Source: Klebsormidium nitens (taxonomy: Eukaryota; Plantae; Klebsormidiophyceae). Taken from it: a stretch of DNA of 64,000 bases. How positions within the stretch are numbered: position 1 is the stretch's first letter; each line of letters begins with the position of its first letter. Location of the stretch: NCBI GenBank assembly GCA_000708835.1, contig DF237237.1, positions 1-64,000 of the forward strand. Reading direction: 5' to 3'. Below, in pieces: positions 33,474 to 46,786 of this stretch. The notes below the pieces were generated by a model. That model did not search any database, was not told where the DNA came from, and worked only from the letters and a program-made list of their open reading frames with translations. A program made the position numbers and the translations under genes.

Positions 33474-36400
33474 ATGGACTTTGATGCGGTGGTGCTTGCC
33501 GGGGGCCTCTCCAAGCAGCTCTATCCTCTGGTTTCTAAGGTGAGCTGGGGCGCCAAGCCGCTCAACCCAGATGGTTGCCTGACTTGCGGACTGGCGTTTC
33601 AGTATGGTGGTAGCCGCGCATCCGACAGCCCATCTTTCCTTGCTCTTTTGTCTGCCACTGCCTCCTTCCATGATCTGCACTACCCTGGCCGCCAGCTTGT
33701 TGCTGTTCTTTGCTGCGCCCAGCATTCGTGTTTGTCCCGCTGCGACATCGATGGGCAGCGCGCTCGCCGGCTCCTGCATGTTTGTCCCGCCTGCCCCTCA
33801 GTGTGGCCAGGTGGCGGGGGTGGCGTGCAGGAGTTGCCCAAGGCGCTGCTGCCGGTGGGCAACAAGCCGGTGCTGTCGTACACGCTCGAGATGCTGGAGG
33901 CCAACAACCTGACGCACCCGCACGTTGTGAGCACCACCACCCTACCACCTCGCTCGCATCAGCTGTGGCCTCTGCACTACTCTCTGCGCCGAGTCAGTCA
34001 GCCTTCACAAATCAAGCGGCCCGCGCTCTCTGACGTGGTTGGTTCCGCTTATCCGTGGCGCTGTGTGCCCCGTGTGTGCTGTTGCTGCTCCCCTGCTTGC
34101 GGTGGCCCCCAGGCGAATGCCCCTTGCGCAGGTGGTGGCGGGCGAGGAGGCCGCCAGCCGCGTGCGCGCCTGGATCAGCGACGCCTTCCAGGACCGGCTG
34201 ACTGCTAGGGTACGTGCAACTGCGCAGGAAAGGGTGCTGAATAGGGGGGCCCAGTAGAGGATGGGGGGCCCCTGCCGTTGCTGCGTGCTGCTGTGTCCAT
34301 CACAGAAACCTATTAGATTCGACTTTTTTGGGCAAGCATGACCCTGGTGCTTGGCTGCCGCAGCGTTTGGCCCCCTTCTCTTCAGGGCGGCATGCGCAGG
34401 TGCACGGGAACGATCCAGTTGCGGCAGCACAGCAGGCCCCACCTGCAGGCGGTCTGGGCCACACTGCATGAGCCAAAGAAGTTGCTGGTCTGACACCAAG
34501 CGAGGCACAGCTTTTGGGCTGCAGGCCGTGTAGATCTCACGAGAGAAGCGGCCTCGTAGACACTAAGGGGAGCAGAGGCGCGGCTCTTCCAGGTTGATTG
34601 CCTCCCTGTTGCCTCACTGCGGGTGACTGCCCTGTGACTCGCGTGTTGCTGCCCTGCTGTGCCAGGTGACGGCGGTGCCAGAGGATTCGGGGACGGCGGA
34701 GGCGCTGCGTGCGGTGGCGCACCAGATTCGGGCCAAAGATTTCATTGTGAGGGCGCCCACCCTGGATATCGTCCTGCCAATGAGGCTTTGCCTTTGCTCA
34801 AGATTCGCCCGTTCATCCTCGAACAGGCGGGCGCCTCCCCCCTGCTGGGGCGCCTCCCCCTCTCCCCCTGCCTCCCAACCTCTCCCCGTTGCTGGCAGGT
34901 TCTGAGCGGCGACCTGGTGTGTGACGTGGCGCTCGGGGCAGTGGCGGCTGCGCACTGCCGCAGCACGGCGGCCGCGACCGCCCTGCTGTGCTCCCAGCCC
35001 AACAGCAGCTTTGCGGCGGAGAGCAAGGACAAGGGCAAGGCCACCACGGCCCCGCCCGTGGACTACATCGGCCTCACCACCGACGGCAGCAGCCTGCTCT
35101 TCTGCGCCTCAGGTACGCCCACTGCAGTCCAGCCCACTGTGGCCACCTGGGGCCTCTTCGATGCCCCGAGAAGATGCGCCCGTGCCCGCCCCACGTCGTG
35201 CCACCATCCCTGCCTCGTCTTCGCCCTTGGCTGAGCGGTGTGGTGGGGCTGGTGCAGCGGCGGACGTGGAGCACGAGCTGCGCATCCGGCGCTCCATCCT
35301 GCGCGCAGCCGGCCAGGTCAGGCCCCGCCCTCCGCTGGCCCCACGCCAGGAGGGCTCTCGCTGAACGGCGATTATGCTGCGCGGCCAGATGTACCTGCCT
35401 CGAGGAACCACTGAAGTATATGAGCACGTTTGATATGGATTGGTGGATTGTCTCTTAAGCATGGGTTACCAAAATCGTTGCCTTTGCTTGGCAAATGATT
35501 GGCAGTCTTTCCAGACCTCCCGTTGTGTAGTGCACCTCTGTAGAGAGGCATGCACTGGCCTGTGCGAGGAGCGTGGGGCCGGCTGCTCGAGCCGCGCTTG
35601 TGCAACTCGTGCTCGCCTTCGTTGTAACGTTTGTCCCTGCGTGGCATCCTTGTACAGATGGTGTTGCGAACCGATCTGATGGACACCCACCTCTACGTCT
35701 TCAACAGGTGGGAAGTTGCTTCGCCGTCCAGGATTGAGGACGAGATGCGTTTCCATGCTGCCTCAGGTGAACTGTTTTGAGCCCTGGGCCAATCATGCTG
35801 TCGGAACGTTTCCTTAAACTCCTCGTTTGTGGCCCGTGCGCGGAGCTCTCGCTACCCGTGCGGTTGCTGCGGTGCGCGTAGGGTGGTCCTGGACGTGCTG
35901 GAGGCGCAGCCCGGCATCGCCAGCGTCAAGCGCGACCTGCTGCCGTACCTCGTGCGCACCCAGGTACGACAACACACGCGCACCCCCCACTGCCGGGGCT
36001 CCCAAGCCAAGGTCAACGCAGCAGAGGGCCACTTACTCTTGACTGTGACTGAACTTGTTTTCTTCACACAAACTGCTGGTCTACTGCTTTTTATTACACA
36101 GCAGAATAGAATCAACTGTTAGAGTTGAGATGGTTATCCAAGCGATTGTAATGCTGCTACATTGAGATCATGTTCTCGGAGTGTCCACAGCAGGCCACTC
36201 GTCAAAGGCCTCGTTCGCGAATATGGGCTGTCGACAGCCATCAGATGCATCGAAGCTGCCAGTGGGGCGTTGAAAAGAGGAGATACACGAGACTTGAACT
36301 TTAGAACCCGAACCTCTTATAAATTGAGGGCGCTTACAGCAGTCACGTCCATAAGGTATTTTCACGTACAGGTTCTGGTAATATAGAAATGCTTGGAGCA

Positions 36401-38208
36401 AAATGACTGTCTAAACCTGCCTTCTTTGCATCTCTTCGTACTTGAATCCGACCTTGATCACGGAAAGGGACAAGTCGCTTCATAAAAGCGCTTCATAAAA
36501 GTCGCTTCATGTCGACGTGTGGCTGACGGCTTGCCTGTGGCGTCATTGGGAGGGCGCCCTTCGTTTCGTCACGTTAGTTTCGTCGCCTCCTTGCCAGACC
36601 AGTGTCTGACGCTGGAAGGTATGTTGAATGCACCGTGAATCTCAGCTTCCGGGGCCTCCTTGCCGCAGCTGTCGCCCCTGCCCTCGTCAGTGACGGGCCC
36701 GTCGTCGGGCCCCGATGACGCGGTGTCGCGGGAGGACTCAAGCGGCAGCGCGGCGGGCCCGGTGGCCAGCCCGTCGCTGGTGGAGGCGCTGTCGCACCCG
36801 GCGAGGCGCGGCCTGGCGGGCGCGGTGCGGCGGTGCGGGGTGTACCTCGCGGGGCCCGACAAGTTCTGCAACCGCCTCAACAGCCTGCAGCAGTACATCG
36901 AGGTCAACCGCGAGGTCAGCCGCCCAGCGCGCACTGCCCAGCGGTGACCAGCTGCCGCTGAGCGGTTGCACAAAGCAAGTGGCTGGCTCCCAAGAAACCA
37001 ACAGAGGCGTCTCTCGGGGCCACCGTTGAGACTCTTCGACTCGATCCGTCTGCAACCGCGCGGCTTTGCACACTACTGAAAGTCCTGGTCGCTGAATAGC
37101 TCTTTGGACAAGGGGCGTGCTTTAAGTCCAACGTTTTTGCCGATTGATACAGCGGGCTGTCTCGGTCCGCCCAGATACTCCTGGTGCTGCTGTGCGAGGC
37201 TGCCCCCCTCTGCTCCGGCCCCCGCTTTCGTGCGCGGCATGTCTCGGTCCGCCCTCAGCGGCGTGCGTGGGTGCGTGGTGCAGGTGGCGGGGGACGCGGT
37301 GCACCTCACGGGCTTCCCGGTGTCGTCCTTCAACAACGTGGTCCACCCCTCCGTCGAGATCGGCAGCAAGACCACGGTGAGGCCGCGCCTCTCCACCCCT
37401 CCGCTCGCCTTTCCGCCCAACCTGCGCCGCGTGCTGCTTGTGGCGGCTGGGCCTCATGCCCGGGCTGGCACCTTGGCAGCTTGCGCTGAGCAGGGGTGGG
37501 CGCGCGCGCGTGTGCAGGTGGGCGCGCAGTGCGTGCTGGGGGAGGGGGTCCGCCTGGGCGACAAGTGCAGCGTGAAGCGGTCCGTGCTGGGCAAGAACTG
37601 CCGCATCGGGGCCAACGTCAAGGTACGGCCGCTCCCCCGCCGCTACACGCCCTGTTCAACACCCTGGCAGGAGCTGTGGCGCTCTTCCGCTGTTCAATCG
37701 ATAAATAATAGAGTCTGCTATACATTTTGCAAACCTGCGAGTCTCTGATTGCGGTCCGCGTGCTTTTACCGCGTGTGGTTGGTGTGCTTGTGTCCGGCCT
37801 GTCAGAGCGCGGTTGGCGAGCGTCATGAGGCGTGAGCTTGATTTGGTTGACGTGCGTGCGTGCAGATCATCAACAGCGTGCTCATGGCGGGCTGCGTGGT
37901 GGAGGACGGGTGCCACGTGCAGAACTCGGTGGTCAGCGCGGGCGGCCACCTACAGGAGCGCGCCTCCCTCAAGGACTGCTACGTGAGCCGCCCCCGCCCT
38001 GCACCCACTGCTTCGAATCGCCGAACCCTGTGCACTTGGTTCCAACCAGCGGTGTGTTGCATGGGGGAGTGCGGCGACGAGGCCGGGCTGCGCTGTCCGC
38101 GGTCAACCCCTTCGCTGCTGACCGCCCCTGGCTGTGCAGGTGGGGGCTGCGTACACGGTGGGCACCGGAGAGGAGCACCGCGGCGAGTCGCTGGCCAAGA
38201 AACAATGA
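33474..38208 (+). CDS. EIF2B3: Translation initiation factor eIF2B gamma subunit
   Basis: MDFDAVVLAGGLSKQLYPL, LPKALLPVGNKPVLSY, VLSGDLV, RTDLMDTHLYVF, SVKRDLLPYLVRTQ, and a C-terminal hexapeptide LbH region (LGDKCSVKRSVLGKNCRIGANVK|IINSVLM). Confidence 0.95.
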
Positions 38209-39988
38209 GCACGCGCCCGCACGGCAGGGAGACTGGCAGGCGAAAACGTCGCTACGTCGGTTGCAAAACAGCAGCTGCATCGCTAAGGCTGCCCTGGAGT
38301 TTCGTACAGGACTGCTTCTGTTTGTGCACCAACTTGATTTGCCACTTTGAACACCGATGCTTGATGCAGACGGGAAGTTGCAAATACGCTCTCGCTTCCG
38401 AGAACCTTCATACTGACACAGGCCGGTTCATTTCAAGACCCGAGCCCTTATTGTCGCCACATTGTATCGTGGTCCTTGTATGTGGCCCGACCGTGGACTC
38501 TCGCTGAGGCAAGTCCTTTGAATGCTACAAAGGACGTAAGGACGTTTGTTTTCACGGCCAGTGGCGACGGACCCTCAATCATTTGAGCCGTCGGACTATC
38601 ATTTGGGCTGCTCAACAAGCAGGTGCAGATACTTGTTTTTGAGAAGCTCGCGCTGCTTTGCCGGTCCACGTTGAAATGAGATGCGCGACCATGCCACAGC
38701 TAGCCTGAATGAGTGAATCAAAGCTCGTGATGGGGCGTGCAGCGCCTGAAGGCGTTATGCTTCACTGTCAGTTCCACCATGATTGCCGCCAAGAGAACAT
38801 ATTAGTCACAACTAACCAGGCCGTAGTTGGTCATACGCGCATGCACGCCGCCCATGCGGTGACTCAGATTATTGCTCATGTGATGCATGGATTAAAGTGA
38901 TTTCTCCAGATTCTGTAGTCTAATGTCATGCGATCACATAAGTTAATAAGCGTGTACGCAAAGCTCGTTCACCGAATGACCTGCGGAAGCCTTCGTTTGT
39001 GCACGTAAACTCTGGCATGCATCCGACAATTGATCGCGAGAGAATTGATCCGTGGCATGGGGCGCCCGTGTACAGACATGATCGATGCATTTACATATAT
39101 GTGCCCATACATCATTGGCACATGTACGCATGCGGTACGGGTTATCTTCACGTTGTTCCGGCGCAACGTGCCATGGCTGCCGACAGGATGGATCGTCCCC
39201 GTTCTGAAATTGAGAGCGCCGTCGGACCACTGTCAGTCTAATGCCAGACATTATCGTACGTATCGAGTTTCGATCGACGTGGCGCGCTCGGCAGGTCCAG
39301 GAAGCTAGGAATATGGCTGCAGGCCATTGAGTTTTGGCGCCGAGTTCTAGTTGGGACGGTGGCCGTATAGGTTTCTTCGGCGCATAATCCGATCCAGGCC
39401 GTTGAAGCAATGCAGCGCCCACTTTCGTTCGGCTTCCGCAGGGGCGGCTTCCGGATGAGGAGGAATCGGCGCATGTGCACTTGAGACAGGCAGCACGGCG
39501 TGTCAAGGGAGATGTTAAGGGCTTGGTTGCTGAAAACGGGTTGCTGAAAACTCCGGCCAAACAAGCAAGGACGACAATGCCTCTACTGCAGCTCAGGCTT
39601 GGATGCGGCACCAATATACCACATGCATTGTCCGGGTAACTTGTGACTTTGCTATTCCACGAACGAAGCGCAGCTCTTGCTCGCGAGCCACCAGCGGTCC
39701 GTGGAATGCATCATGCTGATGCCCTGAACTGGTGCAGGAGCAAACACTCGGTGGAAATGGCGGAGAAAAGCAAGATTCCCCACGTGCTCTCTGCAATCTT
39801 CCGCGCGTCCTACCTCCACTTCATGCGACAGGATCATGGCACATGAAGTTGTTGTCAGCCTGCTCTGGCCGCCTGCTTAAAGCTCTACTCTGCACGCGCA
39901 TAATGTGGATGGAAGCTACTTTGACCCGCCCTGCTGCCGTCGTGGAGTACTTAGCGAGCCTATTCTAAGTAGTCGTTCGCTCCACCGC

Positions 39989-42900
39989 TCAGTCGAGCGG
40001 GTTGAAGTGGTGCATGTGCTTCTGCCCCAGCACGGCGGCCTGGTTCTCGTCGGCGCCGTCCCAGTCGTGGATGCCCGGCACCGTCACGAGACCCTGCTTC
40101 AGCTGGCCCAGGTACCGCGAGAACAGCACCTGCGCCACGCCCACCAGCAACGGTCACCCGCCGGCTACAACACCGTCGCCAGCCAGGTGCACAGCCGGGG
40201 GAACCGGGGCCAGTGGGGTTTACCGGCGATGGGAGGCGGCCGCTAGCCCGTTACGGGTGCTACCACATTCCATCTCGCCTCAGGGCCTGCCTCTGCTATG
40301 CCCTGCTCTTGTAAACTGCTGGTGCAACACAAACCTGGAATCCTCTTCTCTTTCCATATCAAATTCTTCAGACGGGCCGATTGAAAGGCCTGCGTAACTA
40401 TCGTCTATTGACACAGGTTTCTACACAGGGTTTTGAAGATTCTCTCTAAGCAGAAACCGTGGCGCGAGGTCGGGCGGGGCGCTGACCTCCTGCGTGGTGA
40501 CCGGGATGCGCGCCTTCTGGAAGCGGTCGAGCGCCGCGTCCAGGTCGCGCGCGGTGCCGCCTGCCGCGAGGTGCTCCTTGAGGCAGCGCGCGAGCGTGTG
40601 CGCGTCGATGATGCTCATGTTGGTGGCGCGCAGCCCGTGGGGCGTCACCTGCCAACGTGTCGCCCCCCCGCGACCACGCGTCAGCGTCCGCACAGCTTCG
40701 AGGGGGTGCTCAAAGCGTTGGGAACACAGCAGGCAGAATCAAAGTTGAAATGGATATTTGACGTTTTCCCCGCGGGGCTCAGGCCGGGAGCGTGGACGCG
40801 AGCGCGAGCGCGGCTGTGGGTTTGCCGGGCGGGCGGGCGGGCTCACCGGGTGAGCGGCCTCGCCGACGAGGACGACGCGGTCGAAGACCCAGCGGGAGAT
40901 GGGGTCGCGGTCGAAGATGGCGTTGATGAACGGCCGCGCCGTCGCCTTGGCAGAGGGGCGGGGGCAGACAAAAGCCGAAGAGGCGTCAGCCGTCGGGAAG
41001 AGCGAGGGTCAGGCAGCAGTTTCATATTATTAACCAGGCTTGTGTCAGGTTCGAGTGTCTCCAGAATGCAGGTCAGGATCAACCTCGAACTAAGGCGGTG
41101 CCGGGTGGCAATACATTCATTCAAGCACACTTCGGCAGCCGAGTTGTGGTGCTGCGTGGTTGACCTGCATGAGCGCGGCCATGGGCGGGGTCCACGTGCG
41201 CGCGGCGTCCTCGCGCATGCGCTCCACTTGGGCCGCGTCCGGCTGCACCGTCAGCGAGTGCGGCGACAGGGGCGGCTCCGCCTGGTTCACGTACCTGCAG
41301 GCAACAATCGCGGACGTTCAGGCAACACAAAGCGGCACCCGACGCCGTAAGGCTTCGGCGTGGATCAGTCGGGGGCGACGCTGAGACGTTGTCCTCCCTT
41401 TCCGATGCATGACTTGAAAGTTGCAGAGCGGAAAAACGCGCTACCATGCCCTTGGACCTTCCTGGCAACCCCACGGTCACTCGCCAACTGGAGACACAGT
41501 GTTTGGGGCACTACAACTGCGTTCACTCCTCAAACAGCCAGAAACTCCTCGTGCACTGACATCATCGGAGGCATTTGACAACACGGACTGATTCTGCGGA
41601 GGCTGGGGTTGGCCGGGTCTCGCTGCGCACCAGAGCCAGTTGATGCGGGTGCCTGGCAGCATGTAGAGCACGCTGTGCGTGTGGTGCGCCAGGTCGAAGT
41701 AGAGCGCGCGGCCCAGCGCCGGGTACTCGTGCTGCAGGTGACGCGCCACCGCCGCCGCCCCGCTGCATCCAGGGCACGCACGCACGGACGCACCGTCACA
41801 ACCCTCTCACGAGAGCCAGCACGCCGCATGGCGCTGAACAGCGAACGGCAAAGAGGCCGAATCGTCTATAATACTGGGCTACTCCTTTGAGCATAGAAAG
41901 GCACAGTCTGCTTTGGCACGGGGGAAACTTGTATTCCCAGCCGTTTCTGAATGAAAAGAAGCTCGAGCCTCGATGCACACCTGTGCTTGCTTTCTCCAAG
42001 CTGGGCATCGTCTTCCGTCGCCTGTTTGCTCTCCTCATCCGCGGCCATCACGCCGCGCCACGCCACATAGCCCGCATACCTGCACACTTCCATCGGCCCG
42101 CTCAATCCGTCTGCCCGCAAATGCGTTTCGGTAAACCCGACCGTCCCCATGCCCTTTGCGCACAAGTAGACAGTCTAAAAACGCCAAACTCACAGGCAGA
42201 ATTGATCGTTTGCCTGCCCGGAGACCGACCCCTGGCTCGCCTGGAGGGTGTCTGCACCGATGCCTGCCCCTCGTCCCCTACGCCCCCTGTTCCCCTCACC
42301 TTCTCTTGTCCCCCACCAGTTTCTCGCGCGTGCTGGACATGTTGCCGTCCGCCGCCACCATGAGGTCGCCCTCCAGCGGCTCTGCGCGCTCCGCCACGTG
42401 CACGCGCACCCTGCGCCCACCGTCGATGCTCTCGAAGGCGGTCATCGTGTGGCCCAGCAGGAGCACGCCCTCGGGCAGCGCGCCGCGCAGCAGCTGGTGC
42501 AGCAGAGCCCAGTGGCAGCTGCACCGCACACCACCAACCCGCCACGTGCTCACGACCTCGGGCCAAGCAAGACGGGCGACATCACTTGCGAAGCAGAGAA
42601 TTCACAGAGACATTGGGCAACTGAGGCAACCAGCAGTTGAATGCACCTCGAGGAAAAGCCTTTTCAGGGAGTACGCTCGCCATGTGCCACTCCTCGTGCG
42701 CAGCGCGCGTACCTGCGGTGGTCGTAGTGGTCATCTCGGTAGATCTCCCGCGCCGTCTTGGTCTTGCTGTTGACCGCGCGGTTGATCTCTGCGTCCAGCG
42801 GCAGGCTGGCCTCCTGCAGCCCCGCTGCGAGGCCCCAGTCCGCCAGCGCGGCGCACGTCTCGCGGTCCAGCCCCAGCCCCGCGCCCCCCTCGGTGATGTG

Positions 42901-43068
42901 GTGCGCGCGCTCCAGGACGGTTATCTTGCAGCCGGGCAGCGCGTGCAGCAGGCCGTGCGCCACTGCCAGGCCGCAGATGCTGCCGCCCACCACCACCACC
43001 GCCAGCGGCCGCGCCCCACCGCCATCAGTGGAGCCAGCAGAGCCAGCAGAAACGGGGCACGACGCCAT
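39989..43068 (-). CDS. FAD-dependent aromatic monooxygenase (2,6-dihydroxypyridine / 6-hydroxynicotinate hydroxylase-like)
   Basis: VVVGGSICG (Rossmann motif), DLMVAADG, YAGYVAWRG, RINWLW, RVVLVGEAAHP|VTPHGLRATNMSIIDA and VLFSRYLGQLKQG. Confidence 0.92.
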
Positions 43069-44682
43069 CGAAAATCGAGAGACACACAAGAGACACACAG
43101 GGCTTCAACCAGTAAATGTTCCTAACAAGAATTTGCTAGACTGAGCAAACCGATCAAGGTCACAGTTGCTACCAGCAGCTTCCAAAGTAATTGCTCATGT
43201 GCCGAAAGTTGCGGACATTTCTTCCTGCGTCTTGCTCCGTGGGCCGTGCTCCCGTAGGACTAGCTGGGCGGAAAAGGACAGCATCAAAACCGTACCGTGC
43301 ATGTAACGTATCGCCAACACTCGGTCAATTGTGTTTTCAGGAGCGCTTGCTGACAGTGGTTCTGAATGATCGCACGTTCAGTCCCTGCTTCAGAAGGTTT
43401 GTTGCGTCAGATTGTGGCGAATACTTTCACCAGTTACTGTTGTTCTTGCATGTGGACTGCAGGTTGCATTTGCAAGAGAACCTTTTTGATCAGATGTCCA
43501 GCTAACTACATCGGCCATCGATCAGGACCTTCATCCTCGTATTCGTAAAGGATACGTGCTGCAGGTTGGTCTTTTGCGGTGTCTCTTTCCTTTGGCAGGA
43601 CTCAGGAGGCCGCCTCTGGCACTCGGGAGTCTGCACTCACCAGCCTTGGCCGAGTTTGATCTCGATCAGCTGCAGCGCCGCCGCTCAGAGGAGGAAGCCG
43701 GTCGGCATTGGGCAACCCTTCGTACCCTGCATGTGCACTGCACTGCATGCAACCGCGTGCATGCATATAAGACGATGCGTCGGCTTCAATTATTGCATGA
43801 GGAGTAACTCTATGCTTGTCGGCGCAGATTGTGACAGTGTGCCGTACTCCCAACGGCGGCCCGTACATAAAATGCATGAAATCTAGCACTGACTAGGCCC
43901 TACCTAGGTAGGTAGTATGGTCCGAGGGCCGCGGAGGCCTTGCCGCTGCGCAGGCTCGCAGCTGCAGCCCAGAGGAACGGTTCCGGCTGATATGGCGCCA
44001 TGATCTGCATGAGCTTGCAAATTGCATGAATTCCATAGGAGTGCCTGTGCAGGCTGGCAGCTTCAACTTGTACCATATATTGAACAGCCTGCAGCATCGG
44101 AAAGATTCATAAAAGTATATGCAGAACATGATATTCCGGTTCCGGTTATTCAGGTATATAGACAACTGAGATTTGACGACAAGCCCGCGGTTGGCGGCGC
44201 CGTACGTTACATTGCATGAGCTGCCGCCTGCACGAGCACTTCGAAGCCTTCGTGCATACTGTGCAGCGGGGGACTTGTGCAAGGACTTCGAAGTTGATCA
44301 GAGGACTCCGGTCAAGCTTGAACCTTTAGTGCATGTTTTAGTCAAAGTCGAGAACCACCATACAGGCCAAATATGTTAAGCTCTTCTGAGTGATGTAGAA
44401 GCATCAAAGACGGTGGGTTCAGGCACCCTGCACTCATAAACCATCGGGCTCTTGCATGGTTGTGCGCTCATTTGCATTCAGCAGCTCAACAAGCATTCGG
44501 AAGCAAGTGCGTGTTCGGTAAATGTATGTCATGAAGGTTGCAGGTTCGAGGCCGGAAGAGTCGAGGCTAGTATGTTGGAGCAGTCAAGCGGCTCACGACT
44601 GTTCCAGGTGTCAAATGTACGGGTGCGCAGAAACAATATAACTCTCGTACGCAACAATGCGTCGACCTGCTGGCCTGACCTG

Positions 44683-46619
44683 TCAGTTGAACTTGTGCTG
44701 CGCGTGGTTCTGTGTACCCCCCCTGTCGAGCCCGGCCGGCTGGATCCCGCTGTCTAAGCTGGCTGTCGCCGCTGCCGATCCTCCGTTGGACCCCGCTTCA
44801 CCTGCATGCGTACCTGGGCTGTGCGTACTCATTCTTCCCCTCTCGTCTAACTCTGCGGATGCGTGTGCTGCCGTCACCTCGTTTGGTACCTGTGCGCTGA
44901 CTGCCTCCGGCCCTGTCGGCTTGCTGTCCCCCCGGTCGCTCTTGATCCCTCTCTTGGCCCGGTTCGTCTCCCCGGCCTCCTCGATGCACTGCCACACCCG
45001 CCACGCCAGCCGGTCTGCAGCCAACTCGCGCCGCTCCGCAGTCATCGCCAGGACCTGCCGCCACAAGCAGGGCCCCAGCGTGAATGAACCAAGGGAAAGA
45101 AGAGACTTTGCACCTTGACGCAAACATCCAATCGAAAAGGGCCGTGAGTGATTGGTGCTCCCGGTATGTGGAATTTTATGTCCAGTTGTCAGAAGGCTCC
45201 AGAACGAGAATCTCCTTCAACAGGGAGGGTGTGGCTGTCAGCCAAGCACGTCAGTTCAGGAGGACTAATCCAAATGTGTAAGATGACAGGAAACATTCAG
45301 ACCGAGTGCCCCGGGAATCGCGACCTGGCCCGAGCACCTGCGGACAGTCCCTTTCATCGAGAGCCCGGGGCCGGCCTCACCTCGTCGGAGTTGAAGCCTT
45401 CGATGATGACCCCCCCCCTGCGCGGCACCGCCAGCTCCTTCCAGTCGGAGGGGTACCACCCGAACTCCTTAGCCAACTCCTGCACACCCACGCAGACAAC
45501 CCGCTTACCCACACGCCCTTCTGCTGTCAAACAGGTCGCTCCGACCAGGCGGCAGACAGGTGAATCAACGAATCAGAAACTGAGGCCTCGAACCTCTTCG
45601 ACTGATCGTTTGCATAGTCTTCAGTGTGAGGAAATCTTAGGGTCCGCTGGCGCACCTTTTGCAGGGCGTCGTAGATGCAAGCATCACGAACGTGCTTCTT
45701 CAGATGGCGACGGGGTGAAAATGATAGCCCAGAGAAGGCAGCACGCTTGAACGCCGAATGCATATGGGGGTAGGGTAGGATTCCGTACGAGCTCGAACCA
45801 AGCAAAATGCTGCGTCCTGCGCTTCGCTGATCTGCCGTCAGGCGCTATGCGTCACCTTGTTGAGGGGCGCGCGCGCATCTCCAATGACGCCCCAGACGGC
45901 CCCTTCCGTGTGCGCCTCGGGCCCCTGCCCGTGAATCTCGACGACGGGCACCCCGCGCAGCGTGCGCGCGCTCACCCAGTTGATGTACTCCTCCCACATC
46001 AAGTGCGGCGCGTCGCGGTCAGGCCGCAGCACGCGCCACCCCGTGCGGCCCAGCCGAGCTGCCACCTTCTCTGCCACCTGAAAACAATGTGGGGAATGAC
46101 GGCCACAGCGAGGGGCAAAACGGCAAAGTATTATGGCTCCTGGCAAAGTTCGAAGATCCCAACCGGGTTCTGGCAGGGCATGCCAAGTGCACTTGGTAAC
46201 CCTGCGCTCGACGGGAACAGGATTACCTTTTGATCGAGCACCAACCCTTCGTACAGTCTACCGTTTACGAAAGGCGAAGGTTTGGACATGTCAGCATTGC
46301 GCAATGTTTGCTTACGAGATTGCATCCAGACCCACTTCTGCGACCTGCGCCAACGTAATGGTAAAGCTCCTGAATACTTTATGGAACTCCAGGAGCTACG
46401 TTCTCGTGACAAATGCGCTCGCGCTGTCCCCGCTTTCAGTCCTTAGTGCAGCCATCCAGTTACGCTCACCGTCTTGTTGAAGTCGCGCTCTCCGGGCGCC
46501 CCCGTATCCCCCTCAGGGTCAATGAAGTGCCCCGGCACCACCACGATCTCGTCCCGGCTGCCGATGCGCCGCTGCGCCTCCAGGTACCGCCAGGTCGGAG
46601 CAGGGCTGGTGCGCGCCTC
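44683..46619 (-). CDS. N-acetylmuramoyl-L-alanine amidase (Amidase_3-like) domain, 4 exons
   Basis: IVVVPGHFIDPEGDTGAPGERDFNKT|VAEKVAARLGRTGWRVLRP..VVEIHGQG..|ELAKEFG..GGVIIEGFNSDE|VLAMTAERRELAADRLAWRVWQCI. The His, Glu and His zinc ligands and the catalytic Glu of Amidase_3 all appear present, and all joins are phase 0. There is no ATG in the first exon, so it must splice from upstream. Confidence 0.78.
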
Positions 46620-46786
46620 CTGAAAGCGAGGGTGGAAGTGGCGATCAGGGGGGATGCAAACGAGATTGCGCACGAGGGTCGCACTGCCAGCGAGGATTGA
46701 CAAGTAGCAAGGATGCTAGTTGAAGGCATAGGCCCTGGTATACACTTGGTGCTCCCCGCATGTTGGCATATTTTCTTGCCCTCACC

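Noticed and set aside
43893-44400. Several 65-129-aa ORFs between the monooxygenase and the amidase
   Set aside because: No motifs and no consistent exon chain; probably UTR or intergenic sequence.
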